Shown here: positions 1 to 9,714 of the stretch, one piece after another
Position numbering within the stretch: the first letter of the stretch is position 1
Layout: every line of letters begins with the position of its first letter
Sequence record: PV593634.1
Length of the DNA stretch: 64,000 bases
Direction: 5' to 3' (one strand)
Program-made: the position numbers and the translations under genes
Notes under the pieces: generated by a model
Databases searched by the model: none
Told to the model about the DNA's origin: nothing
What the model saw: only the letters and a program-made list of their open reading frames with translations

Positions 1-1
1 G

Positions 2-253
2 CAAACAAGTCTGGTACACGACCCAGGCGCTATCTATATACCGATTGAGTTCCACGGTACTGTAGAAGCGAGTCTTGATGGGGAACCACCTATCGGACAA
101 TTACCTGGTCCTAACTGGGGTGTGTCGGACGCAGTTCTTTACGGCTCTGCTAAGGTTCCGATTGAGATGAACCTTTATCCTATCGAATATAAACCTGCTC
201 CGTTCAACAGTATCATCAGTAACGCACTTACCCTTAAAGAAGTTAAATACTGA
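2..253 (+). CDS. 3' end of a gene entering the window (probable baseplate/virion protein)
   Basis: Open frame from base 2 (QTSLVHDPGAIYIP...TLKEVKY) to TGA at 251-253; directly upstream of virion genes. Not in the ORF track. Confidence 0.65.
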   Translation, partial: QTSLVHDPGAIYIPIEFHGTVEASLDGEPPIGQLPGPNWGVSDAVLYGSAKVPIEMNLYPIEYKPAPFNSIISNALTLKEVKY

Positions 254-346
254 TTAAGGCATTAGGTGTGTAACTCCATATTTGCCAGAGTTAGCATCGT
301 TTGATTAACTCTGGTACTATTCACTAAGAACTTAAGGAAATTTAAG

Positions 347-1264
347 ATGGCTGAAGCAAGCGGTCGCGATTCGCAGAAACTACCTAACCAGTTGGTAACT
401 CCGAACGCCCTGGGTATTATTATTAACGATGCAGTCACCACAGGTACTACGGTTGATATTCCTAAATGGACAACCATGAACGAACTGTATGACATCCTGG
501 CTGATGAATCAATTGGTCGTAAGAACGGTAAAGATTTCAACCTGGCATATTACGGCATCGGTATTGGTGGTTCTCGTTGTATCGGTACGGACTCCAACGG
601 TCTGGAAGGTCGTCGCGTTTATCAACACAAAGCAACTGACTTTGGTGCTTTCTATCCGATCCCATTCCTGATCCGTGAAATCGGTGATGACGTCGATCCT
701 GAAACTCGTCGTAAATATCGTATTCGTGTTGTTCGTAAACTGGGCGATAAGATCTACGTTATGTATTACCTGAAGAAGATCAACTTCACTGAATTCGATC
801 CTACCATGAAAATTGGTGAACGTGATCCAGTAACCGGTAACGAGCAAGAACGTCCATACATTCCGGTTAAAGAAGATTTGACCCCTACTCCGTACGAGCT
901 GGTTTCAGTTAACGATGTTCCTGTAACTAACCAGTATGTTAACGGTACGGCTAAAATGGATCTGTCTCTGGACGGCAATGACCTGGAAGAAGTTCGTAAC
1001 GTTTGTCGTGTTCTGTTCAACGATAGCTCTAAAGCAGCGATCAACGAAATGTATCTGGTTTACGGTATCGAATCTCGTAACGATGGCGACATCGCTAACG
1101 GTGGTACTGTTAACTATGAAGAACTGCAATCAGCCTGCGTATCTTACTTCATTACTGAAGCTTATGCTCGTGATGCCAACTCCAACAGTCAGCTCCCGTA
1201 TGGCTTCTGGTACGGTAACTCATTACCACTTCTGATTGATCAGTCCGGTACCACAACTCCATAA
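347..1264 (+). CDS. phiKZ-like virion structural (baseplate-region) protein
   Basis: 305 aa, high-expression codon style; YYGIGIGG and PFLIR motifs as recalled for conserved phiKZ-like structural proteins; context next to tail genes. Confidence 0.6.
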   Translation: MAEASGRDSQKLPNQLVTPNALGIIINDAVTTGTTVDIPKWTTMNELYDILADESIGRKNGKDFNLAYYGIGIGGSRCIGTDSNGLEGRRVYQHKATDFGAFYPIPFLIREIGDDVDPETRRKYRIRVVRKLGDKIYVMYYLKKINFTEFDPTMKIGERDPVTGNEQERPYIPVKEDLTPTPYELVSVNDVPVTNQYVNGTAKMDLSLDGNDLEEVRNVCRVLFNDSSKAAINEMYLVYGIESRNDGDIANGGTVNYEELQSACVSYFITEAYARDANSNSQLPYGFWYGNSLPLLIDQSGTTTP

Positions 1265-1280
1265 CGACCCGGAGGGGTAA

Positions 1281-1892
1281 ATGTCTAACTTCGATTTAAC
1301 CCCTCGCCAAGCACAATTGACAAAATGGACCACGGCTTCGGCTGTGGTCTCTTCTGTTAACGAAATGTATGGTGAGAGCATCAACCCTGCTTTATATGAA
1401 GACAGGCTGGCCTTTACGGATGCTAACGGTTTACTGACCATTGAGTTTGTTCACATTCAAACTGGTTTGGTCCATTATGTATTCAAAGACCGTTACACCA
1501 TTGAGAGGCAATTGCAAAACGATTTAAGGATAGATAACCCCCGTGAGTTCATTTATCCAGAAGTCATTAAAAACTTTGGTGTCTTAATCAATACCGAAGC
1601 TGAATTGGAATTCATGAAGGATGTTCGTAAAGACGTTCGTTATGATTCTGGTAAACCGGGGAATAACAAAGCTTACGCATTAGCCAAGTTACTGAACCGT
1701 TACAACATCGGAAAGGGATGGAGTTCAAATCCAGACGGTGGTGGAACTACCGCTTACTTTGTTTTGCGGTATTATGGACCTGGTGCTAGTGCTCCAGATA
1801 TTTATAACTTCAACCGAGATGCTAAACTTTTAGTTGTGGTGGAGTTAATGATGCATGGTCAATATGAGACCCATGCACTTGTGGTGGGATAA
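1281..1892 (+). CDS. hypothetical protein, probably virion-associated
   Basis: 203 aa, GGAGG RBS, in operon with structural genes. Confidence 0.55.
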   Translation: MSNFDLTPRQAQLTKWTTASAVVSSVNEMYGESINPALYEDRLAFTDANGLLTIEFVHIQTGLVHYVFKDRYTIERQLQNDLRIDNPREFIYPEVIKNFGVLINTEAELEFMKDVRKDVRYDSGKPGNNKAYALAKLLNRYNIGKGWSSNPDGGGTTAYFVLRYYGPGASAPDIYNFNRDAKLLVVVELMMHGQYETHALVVG

Positions 1893-1897
1893 TTACT

Positions 1898-2494
1898 ATG
1901 ACAGTACGCATACTAGGAATAGATCCAGGTACTACTAACCTTGGTGCGGCAGCGTTGGAACTAGATCCCTACGAACGTAAGCCTTTTAAACTCGTCTATG
2001 CCGATACCCTACAAGGTGAGTATAACGAATTCGGGGTGAATAAGGACAACCCTCAGCAGATACGTGCATTAGGGCTTCTGCGCTCTTATGGACATATCTT
2101 TGAGTACATTGAGCCTCACGTAGTGTCTTGCGAAGATAACTTCTTAGGACCTTCCCCATCGAGCTTTAAACGTCTTATCGAAGTAGTTTCCTTCTTACAC
2201 CAGTACACGGTGAACAGCGGGAAAACAGTAGCGTTCAGACAGGTACTTCCTCGTTTAGCTAAACAGATTGTTAATGCTGACTTCAGAGGAACTACTAAGG
2301 ATGATGTTACCAAGGGTTTAAATGCATGTCCTTTCTTAGACTTGAACGGATTTGATCTGAACAAGTTGACGGAGCACGCCAACGATGCAATACTTCTAAG
2401 TCTTTATTCTGCCGTTCAGTATTACAGAGACTTAGGTTGGGACCTCGTAGATGGAAAAGATATCGACAAAACTCACAAGTACCCTAAAAAGTGA
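1898..2494 (+). CDS. ruvC: RuvC-like Holliday junction resolvase
   Basis: N-terminal ILGIDPGTTNLG, central VSCED and C-terminal HANDA supply the D/E/D catalytic residues of the RuvC fold. Confidence 0.85.
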   Translation: MTVRILGIDPGTTNLGAAALELDPYERKPFKLVYADTLQGEYNEFGVNKDNPQQIRALGLLRSYGHIFEYIEPHVVSCEDNFLGPSPSSFKRLIEVVSFLHQYTVNSGKTVAFRQVLPRLAKQIVNADFRGTTKDDVTKGLNACPFLDLNGFDLNKLTEHANDAILLSLYSAVQYYRDLGWDLVDGKDIDKTHKYPKK

Positions 2495-3095
2495 TACGTT
2501 TCACTTTGACAGATGGCCAGTGGTATTGAAAGGTCTAGCAGGGTTCTTATCTTGCTTAACTGTATCTACAACGAGCGCTATCTTTATCTACTCGATACAT
2601 TTAAGTATTACGAGTGGAATGGCTACATGGCCTGGTTTACTCACAGCTTTAATTATGTTGGCTGGTCCCGTCATTATCGCATGGAACTTCGTTAATGCTA
2701 AAGGGATCATTACAACCATCCTCCCTAAAGAAGGAGAGGTGGGCGAAAGAGAAATCCCAGTCCCTAAGACAATCCCAATTATGACAGCAGAGGACGTTGC
2801 CTTTGAGCGAGAACTAATGGGACATACTTCGGTATTCCTAAGAGCAATCGCTGGGTTCATCTCCACTAATGTCATCTGCTATTGTAGTTTGCTCTTTACA
2901 TGGACGATCCATCAAGCCATGGTAGCCGGTAAGCCACTCCCAACAGACGGAGAGCTTCTCCTCGTCGTTATTGGTCCGGTTGTAACTTCTTGGAACTTCG
3001 TGCGCGCAGGAGCTACCCTAAGCTCTGTAATGCAAGGCGCTGGTAATATCCATAAGTTCAGAGAGAAGTTGGCTACGATCATTCATCCGAAATAA
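2451..3095 (+). CDS. 4-TM membrane protein with internal duplication, candidate holin
   Basis: Two copies of a TM hairpin (LKGLAGFLS...GPVIIAWNFV and LRAIAGFIS...GPVVTSWNFV); converges on the spanin pair. Confidence 0.45.
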   Translation: MEKISTKLTSTLKSDTFHFDRWPVVLKGLAGFLSCLTVSTTSAIFIYSIHLSITSGMATWPGLLTALIMLAGPVIIAWNFVNAKGIITTILPKEGEVGEREIPVPKTIPIMTAEDVAFERELMGHTSVFLRAIAGFISTNVICYCSLLFTWTIHQAMVAGKPLPTDGELLLVVIGPVVTSWNFVRAGATLSSVMQGAGNIHKFREKLATIIHPK

Positions 3096-3101
3096 CATAT
3101 T

Positions 3102-3131
3102 CCCCTACCCTCCTTATCGGATGGGTAGGGG
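3102..3131. terminator. bidirectional stem-loop between convergent genes
   Basis: CCCCTACCC-TCCTTATCGGAT-GGGTAGGGG inverted repeat. Confidence 0.75.
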
Positions 3132-3141
3132 TTATGCTTGC

Positions 3142-3621
3142 TTATTTAACTTTAAGTGAGATCTTGGTTTTCTGAGTCTCTTCATTGAGGTTATCAATGA
3201 TCGCATTGATGTTACCCAGTAAACGATCGACCACTTGGTTAAGATCGTTAATACGCGAGTTGGAAGCATCTAACTCCTTTGTAGTCTTGATCAAAAGGAG
3301 CCGAGTCGCACTGTAACAAGATTTGAAATCCGTAGCGACTAAACAGTTACTAATATTCAGGTACGCTTCAAGACCAGGAGCAAGTGGAGTGATGGGTTGC
3401 CAGTCTTTCATGTACACATTACTTGGTACGTCAGTTAAGCTACTTTTGAGGTTGACCAACTGGCTTTTGTACATCTCCAACTTTGCCAGTTCCGTTTTCA
3501 TCTCCACGTAAGTTTCCGCTTCCGATATCTTTGGCGCGCTGCAACTGGAGATTGTAAAAGTCATGCACAGTACCAGTATCAGCTTCAGGATCATACCCGT
3601 ACTTTTCATAAAGGTTACCAT
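3142..3621 (-). CDS. o-spanin (outer-membrane lipoprotein)
   Basis: Signal peptide with lipobox (LILVLCMTFTISS-C), coiled-coil body; start overlaps the 3' part of the i-spanin gene in another frame. Confidence 0.7.
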   Translation of the reverse strand: MVTFMKSTGMILKLILVLCMTFTISSCSAPKISEAETYVEMKTELAKLEMYKSQLVNLKSSLTDVPSNVYMKDWQPITPLAPGLEAYLNISNCLVATDFKSCYSATRLLLIKTTKELDASNSRINDLNQVVDRLLGNINAIIDNLNEETQKTKISLKVK

Positions 3622-3880
3622 ATTCTTTATCTCTATCTACGGCGTTAGCTGTAGCCGCCGCCCTTAAGTCTGAGGCCCATTCTCGTTGAGCATTAGCTAC
3701 CGCTGTCATCTTTTCGGATGCCACACTAATTCGTTCAACGGCAACAGTGAGTTTGTCTATTGTATCTTTACTTACCGAGTTATCAGGTTTAAAGATCAAC
3801 CATCCAACAACGAGTAAGACCAAGACCCACAGAGCAAGTGTCTGCAAAGCAAACAGTTTATTCTTCAGCTGGTCGCTCAT
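3440..3880 (-). CDS. i-spanin (inner-membrane anchored coiled coil)
   Basis: Single N-terminal TM (LALWVLVLLVVGWLIF) followed by an Ala-rich helical region; immediately upstream of a lipoprotein gene. Confidence 0.7.
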   Translation of the reverse strand: MSDQLKNKLFALQTLALWVLVLLVVGWLIFKPDNSVSKDTIDKLTVAVERISVASEKMTAVANAQREWASDLRAAATANAVDRDKEYGNLYEKYGYDPEADTGTVHDFYNLQLQRAKDIGSGNLRGDENGTGKVGDVQKPVGQPQK

Positions 3881-5109
3881 CGCGTTTTCCTAAGTTGTAC
3901 ACCGTGAACCTTAAACATCCACCCACGCATTAACCGTCCTGGATTCCCTTGGTTAATCGCTCCGTTAGGAACAACGTTACCGTCAAGTGTACCAGTAGTT
4001 AACATAGGGTAGTAGTTATAGATGCGGTGGTCATGATACCAAAGGCGTTGACCTCTTCCATATGAACGAATATATGGAACAGGGAACATCCCACTATCCA
4101 CGAGAAGAGGGTGTTGGAATCTCTCTTCAGTGTGGAGCACAGTTGGATACATAAAGGCAGTCATAGGACTAACCTCAATACCCACACTAGGGTTATCGAT
4201 AAGTACAACGAAACTGTTATGCATGGTTAGTGCTTGTTTCTTGTACACATCGAACTTAGTCAAGTTGGTAAGCTTAGGAGTACGAGTATAACGCCCGTAG
4301 TTAAAGTGATGGTGAACAACGTCAAAGGCAGAGAGATCAATCGTTAAACGATCATCGTTAACACGATAGATAATTTCAGGATCCACCAGAAGTTGCCCGT
4401 TAACAACTAAGTAAACTGTTTTACCGTCAATCTGTTCTTTAGTGAGTTTAACTTCCCAACGCTTAGTAGAGGTGGTTTGAATCTCTTCCAAGTTATCTGT
4501 AGTAAGTTGAACTGTTTTAACTGCACCCAACTTTTCAAAGTTAAAGGCACCAATACGAAGATCTTTCTTGTTCTGGATATAATCCAGACCTGCGCCTAAT
4601 AAATAGACACCATTATCCCTGGATAGCGAACGATAGAAAATACCATTAACTTGGAACAACGCGTGATCGTTGATATTCTTATAGTCGATATTTTGATACA
4701 TATACTGAGCTACACGAACATCGGGAGCAGAGTCAGAAGTTAGTAGCTCTTGCCTATCCTTTGCGAGGTTATAGTCGGCAGGATAGTGAAAATATCCACT
4801 GGTAAATAAACGTTCTTGTTTGACGTAACTGTACTTATCCCCAGGCATCACATCAGCCAAGGTTAAGACATCGCTAGACTTGGTGTCCAACCATTGTTGA
4901 ATTGTGAGCGTAGGCGTTTTGGCGAAATCAAGTTTGTAATCTTCCATGCTGATGGAGACATTATCTTTGAACATGGAATCATGAACAACGATGTAAAGAA
5001 TGTCAAAAAGCTTTGGTAGATCAGCAACACTATACTCAGAGATATCCACTATGTGGTATCCCGGTCTATAGTTTTTGTATCGCCCTACTGAGTATTTGTA
5101 TGTATACAT
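3877..5109 (-). CDS. phiKZ-like virion structural protein
   Basis: 410 aa beta-rich protein; stop overlaps the i-spanin start (ATGA); structural context. Confidence 0.55.
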   Translation of the reverse strand: MYTYKYSVGRYKNYRPGYHIVDISEYSVADLPKLFDILYIVVHDSMFKDNVSISMEDYKLDFAKTPTLTIQQWLDTKSSDVLTLADVMPGDKYSYVKQERLFTSGYFHYPADYNLAKDRQELLTSDSAPDVRVAQYMYQNIDYKNINDHALFQVNGIFYRSLSRDNGVYLLGAGLDYIQNKKDLRIGAFNFEKLGAVKTVQLTTDNLEEIQTTSTKRWEVKLTKEQIDGKTVYLVVNGQLLVDPEIIYRVNDDRLTIDLSAFDVVHHHFNYGRYTRTPKLTNLTKFDVYKKQALTMHNSFVVLIDNPSVGIEVSPMTAFMYPTVLHTEERFQHPLLVDSGMFPVPYIRSYGRGQRLWYHDHRIYNYYPMLTTGTLDGNVVPNGAINQGNPGRLMRGWMFKVHGVQLRKTR

Positions 5110-5139
5110 GTTCTAAACCTTTATAGAGGAACATTGCTA

Positions 5140-5904
5140 ATGTCAAAAGATTCAAGGATTATGGTAAACGGTAGAATGACCTATCCGTGGAACCCATTCC
5201 AAGATGAACCGAGCTGTCGTATTCTAGACGAAGCAGTTCATGTGGAAGGTGGGGTCAACAACGTCATCATCGTACCACGTAATGGACCTTTCTTCACTCG
5301 TGACTTTAAAATTCGTCAACGTGATTCGGGTCGCGAACTAAGTATGGAAGCTGGGGAGTATTCTTTCCTTCATCCGTTCGGTGCCTTTATTAAACGCTAC
5401 AACCGTTTAGTCTGGGGTGCCCTCCAGATTAAAGGTGCAGCAACAGCAGTTGATTATATTATCGAGTACGATACCATTGGTGGTGATTTTGTACTAGACG
5501 ACATAGCATATGCTGAAGCGGTCGCAAACACTTTAACCGCACCTCGTACCATTGACTGGAACGAGATCGTTAACCTACCTTTGGTATGGCCACCAGATCC
5601 TCACCAACAGCCAGCGTCTGACACCATGAACTATGGTGATCTGATTACCTGGATGCAGTCTTATCTGGATGCCATTACTGATACCGATAACAGTGTTAGT
5701 TTCGTCTCTGAGTTTAAGAAACACCTTGACGCAGATCTACAGGATGCTCACAAAGCTACTCTGGAGATGTTGGGTGTTGCTCATCTTAAAGACTGGGCAA
5801 TGGCGCAGGAAGATGACATTACCGGTAACTCAACAGAGCTATTGGTTAACGTCGCTATTCTTAAAGAAGCCATTCGTGGTTATAGCCGTGGTGACTGGCG
5901 TTAA
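5140..5904 (+). CDS. baseplate/tail-fibre attachment protein (N-terminal module shared with downstream tail genes)
   Basis: IVPRNGPFF...IDWNEIVNLP...DPHQQ parallels VIPSKAPFY...ENIQNKP...EIHQH (5966) and VPEEGPIY...WDTQITGKP...AWHSH (9715). ATG at 5140 after GAGG; the track start is TTG at 5134. Confidence 0.65.
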   Translation: MSKDSRIMVNGRMTYPWNPFQDEPSCRILDEAVHVEGGVNNVIIVPRNGPFFTRDFKIRQRDSGRELSMEAGEYSFLHPFGAFIKRYNRLVWGALQIKGAATAVDYIIEYDTIGGDFVLDDIAYAEAVANTLTAPRTIDWNEIVNLPLVWPPDPHQQPASDTMNYGDLITWMQSYLDAITDTDNSVSFVSEFKKHLDADLQDAHKATLEMLGVAHLKDWAMAQEDDITGNSTELLVNVAILKEAIRGYSRGDWR

Positions 5905-5915
5905 TTAACAAACAC

Positions 5916-5945
5916 CTTAACCGGAACTTTCGGGTTCCGGTTAAG
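5916..5945 (+). terminator. stem-loop
   Basis: CTTAACCGGAAC-TTTCGG-GTTCCGGTTAAG perfect 12-bp stem. Confidence 0.65.
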
Positions 5946-5965
5946 TAACATAAGGGTTTTCTGGT

Positions 5966-8900
5966 ATGATGATCAGAGAAGATATCCCTCTTTATAAACT
6001 TGACCTAACAGCTGAAAGCGAGTTTAACAAAGTTAATAAAGAGTACATGTACAGAAGGACTGTAAAGAATAACAATATCGTTATTCCTTCAAAAGCTCCT
6101 TTCTACCAAAGGACGCTCAGGTTATATGACATGGCCGGTAAACCACTGGTAGAAGGTGAAGACTATGAGTTCTACGGGATTATGGGTAAACTCACAGCCT
6201 TTACTTCGAAACCTGTTGGTTTGTTCATTCGTATTCTGAAAGATGAAATCACAGAGTGGTATGCTGATTATCAAGTAGTCGGTAACTTCTCTAAGATCAG
6301 TAATGAAATTCTCAACATGCTGAAAAGTATTCACGAGGATGACCGTTACGTTCTGTACGAAAACATTCAAAATAAACCGTTGTGGTTTATCCCAGAGATC
6401 CACCAACACGATTTGGCATATGACATTTATGCGTTCACTGACTTAGCTCGTGAATTGAATCGTATCGCTCAGTTGCAAGCTGCGATGACTTCTGCTGCTG
6501 ACTTCATGGTAGAAACTCTGAACAGCAACCTTGAAGTTTATATTGCTGGCTATAAGAAAGTCGTAATGGACTTGCTGCATTCCCACGAAGCTAACATGCA
6601 CGATGCTCACGGTACTAACGCCGCAGCTATCGGTTTGGGTAATGTAGATAACATCCCGTGTGCTACCCTGGATGAAACACTGGAAGGCTTACGCGATGAC
6701 TTGACCATTAGCCCATATAACGCTTTCCTGACTGTACAGGCGGCAGCTGGTCGAAATGAACGTTTATATCCAGCAGGTACTTTACCGTTACTTCGTTATG
6801 GTTCCGATACCTTTATTCCCCCGACCATTGATGGTTCGTTTGAAGGACTGGGTGGGTTGTCACGTCGTTGCGGTATGATCGTTGAAACTGACGGTACGTT
6901 ACTGATTCTGAATCACCGTAACAACGGTAAGATTCGTGGTCTTTACTTTACCCGTTGTACCGACTGGCGTTCACAGCAAGCTCACTACGAGTTCACAGCT
7001 TACCAATACCAACACCCAACTGCAACAGCAGCTGGCGCCACACTTGATACTATTGTTAATGGTTCAAACCGTTACATCATGGTAGTGGGCGACTCCATCA
7101 AGAATATGTGGTGGTGGTGTGAAACTCACGGAACATTCGATCCAGCTAAACATATCCTGGTTCCTTTAACTGGGAAATGGGTGACCGAAGATATCGGTGC
7201 TGCGGAGCACGATCCTGCTTCATGGACTAAACCATGGATGACGTGTTTGCTCTTTGCGGATAAGAATTATAAAGAACACTTCTCTATAATCCAGCCGTAC
7301 ACCTATACTGAATTCCATCGTCGTTTCCCTGACTATGATCCAGATGTATCCAGATATAGACTGGGTGCTATCACTAGTTACTGTTACTCCATCAACGTGG
7401 TGACACAAAGAAGTGGTATTATCCAAAGGGCTAAGGTTAATTATAACAACCCAGTTCTTGGTGACACGACTAGCGAATACTGGTTCCCATGGAGTATGGA
7501 AGTTGTCGATGCGCCAGATTTGCCAACAGGTAAAGGTATTTCCAGATGCTTCGCTAACTTCTCCGAACCAGTGCCATTTATATGGCTGTACCGTTCGGCT
7601 CATGGTATGTGGTTAAAATCTGACGCTATGGACGAGTTCGTTGCCCGTCTAGAAATCAATGGGATGGTCACCGCTCCCCGTACAGGTAATAATGGTAGCT
7701 GGTATATTACATGGCGTGGTAAGTTCAAGATCTCTGCTACTCCGTCTGGAACTGTTGTCGATGTGACTAATGCTCCTTCCGTGGACAAGTTATACAACAT
7801 TGATCCTAACAAAGCTTATCCTGGCGAACTGGAGTTTGATAAGTTTTACGATAATGTTGTTTCACCAATGGTAGTTAACGGTGCTGACTCAGTAGGTTCC
7901 GCTATTCTGTCTCCAGGCATTATCGGATTTGCGGATGGTACAAACAACGTAACCTTCCCCTCGAGATACGCTATCGGTAACGTTCAGTATGCCGATAACA
8001 AAGACGCGCTGTATAATCCCCCAGCCGAACAACCAGGTGGAACTTGGCAGTATCAGTCACTGAACAAGGTAGTTATCGAATCTAACCCTATTGGACTTTC
8101 CACACTGTTTGAGTCACAAGCGTTTGGGATTGGAGATACTGATAACTGGCAAACTGGTGGCGTGTACGCGAGACAGAATTTAGGTAATGGATACGAATGG
8201 GTGTTTAGACCGTTAAGTAACCTTAATGCTAACTACGCTCAAGTCCCTCCTCCATTGGTGGGCAACTACCAGGGTACCGTATTCAACAACTACCCATTTA
8301 AACCTGAAGCTTACAAAACCAATATTGGTTCTCAAGTTATGCTCTGTTCTCCGTTGACGATTGACGGTATCGATAACAAAGCCATGTTTAAATCCATTAT
8401 GGGTGTCTCTGCTGATACCACCATGCTTGGTGAGCGAGTCTATGCGTCTACAGACGTTCCTAACGGCGACGGAATGTGGGTCAAAGAAGTTGACATCAAG
8501 ATAACCGGCGATAAAGTAGTCTACACACCTATCGTTGTTGTTAACGTTCTGAGTGGGATTGCTAACGACCTTACTCAGCTTATGGCGGGATCTGGACTTA
8601 CTGCTGATGAAGTTAAAAAGAGCTGGACCATTGGTCGTGTGCTTGGCGGCGACGGTAATGTTTATAGTATCGTTCAGTGCTTCGCAACACGAGGCCGTGA
8701 AGTATTGACGGTTACCATGTTCGTTGACATCAATACGGTGGGTTCGCCCGACACATCCAAAGGCTATAGTTATTATGCCAATGCTCGTGTGATTCAGAGA
8801 AGTCCACCAGTTTCGTTACAGTCAGGTTTCGATATTGTTAACACGTCGTACAACTACTCTGACTATACAGGTGGATCTGATCAGAACCCCCGTTGCATTT

Positions 8901-9655
8901 CTATTCCATTCAAAGCTAAGAACGGAGCTATCTACGATCGTAGTGGTACCTACGTTGCTTTAATGAATGGTCCTACCTTTAGTGCTAACGGTGGACGTAG
9001 TCGTCCATTCATGTCTATCTCGGCAAATGCCAACTGTACGGTGATTAATGAGATGTACCACTTAGGTGCACAGATGTGGGGTCAGGATAACGGATACACG
9101 ACATGCCCTTATTACGGTATAGGTGACGCAACACTTGGTCTTGAAATATTTGAAGGTGCTGCTATCGCTTGTGAAGCGTATGCTCAAGACGGTGACTTCT
9201 ATGCTAACATTAAAGCGAGAAGAAAATCAGGTCAGAAAGCAATTGGGATGTCTAACATTCTGACGCCTCAATATACGGTTTATTTCCAGGAAATGTCCAA
9301 TGTAACGTTAGCAGGGAAGATGTACAATATCCCGGCTACTTACATTAACCTTCTTGATCAGGATCCAACACCGGCTAACAAGAAGTATTACATTTACTTG
9401 TACTATACTTCTGGTTTGGCTCGTTATGTTGCTACTGAGACAGTTCGCCCAGAGACATCTTCACAGTCTTTGATCGCAACTGTTATTTGCGGCCCAACAC
9501 AGATCGACCGCATCATTCCGTACAACCGTTTCTCTATTGATGGTGCTTCGTTCAGTGCTGTAAGACAAGGCTCTAGTATCCTTGCTTCTTCCGGTTCTGT
9601 TTACGATGTGGGTGATACAACTGAAATCTTGAGGGACGGTGACTTTATACCATAA
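5966..9655 (+). CDS. tail fibre/baseplate protein, paralog 1
   Basis: 1229 aa; H..N.H.....IGLGNVDN fibre motif; PP.I.GSFEGLGG motif and C-terminal domain shared with 9715..13506. Confidence 0.75.
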   Translation: MMIREDIPLYKLDLTAESEFNKVNKEYMYRRTVKNNNIVIPSKAPFYQRTLRLYDMAGKPLVEGEDYEFYGIMGKLTAFTSKPVGLFIRILKDEITEWYADYQVVGNFSKISNEILNMLKSIHEDDRYVLYENIQNKPLWFIPEIHQHDLAYDIYAFTDLARELNRIAQLQAAMTSAADFMVETLNSNLEVYIAGYKKVVMDLLHSHEANMHDAHGTNAAAIGLGNVDNIPCATLDETLEGLRDDLTISPYNAFLTVQAAAGRNERLYPAGTLPLLRYGSDTFIPPTIDGSFEGLGGLSRRCGMIVETDGTLLILNHRNNGKIRGLYFTRCTDWRSQQAHYEFTAYQYQHPTATAAGATLDTIVNGSNRYIMVVGDSIKNMWWWCETHGTFDPAKHILVPLTGKWVTEDIGAAEHDPASWTKPWMTCLLFADKNYKEHFSIIQPYTYTEFHRRFPDYDPDVSRYRLGAITSYCYSINVVTQRSGIIQRAKVNYNNPVLGDTTSEYWFPWSMEVVDAPDLPTGKGISRCFANFSEPVPFIWLYRSAHGMWLKSDAMDEFVARLEINGMVTAPRTGNNGSWYITWRGKFKISATPSGTVVDVTNAPSVDKLYNIDPNKAYPGELEFDKFYDNVVSPMVVNGADSVGSAILSPGIIGFADGTNNVTFPSRYAIGNVQYADNKDALYNPPAEQPGGTWQYQSLNKVVIESNPIGLSTLFESQAFGIGDTDNWQTGGVYARQNLGNGYEWVFRPLSNLNANYAQVPPPLVGNYQGTVFNNYPFKPEAYKTNIGSQVMLCSPLTIDGIDNKAMFKSIMGVSADTTMLGERVYASTDVPNGDGMWVKEVDIKITGDKVVYTPIVVVNVLSGIANDLTQLMAGSGLTADEVKKSWTIGRVLGGDGNVYSIVQCFATRGREVLTVTMFVDINTVGSPDTSKGYSYYANARVIQRSPPVSLQSGFDIVNTSYNYSDYTGGSDQNPRCISIPFKAKNGAIYDRSGTYVALMNGPTFSANGGRSRPFMSISANANCTVINEMYHLGAQMWGQDNGYTTCPYYGIGDATLGLEIFEGAAIACEAYAQDGDFYANIKARRKSGQKAIGMSNILTPQYTVYFQEMSNVTLAGKMYNIPATYINLLDQDPTPANKKYYIYLYYTSGLARYVATETVRPETSSQSLIATVICGPTQIDRIIPYNRFSIDGASFSAVRQGSSILASSGSVYDVGDTTEILRDGDFIP

Positions 9656-9664
9656 CCATAAATA

Positions 9665-9698
9665 ACTACTGGGGCGATCTTTTGATCGCTCCAATAGT
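9665..9698 (+). terminator. stem-loop
   Basis: TGGGGCGATC-TTTT-GATCGCTCCA core between tail genes. Confidence 0.5.
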
Positions 9699-9714
9699 TT
9701 AATCGAGGTTTTAA

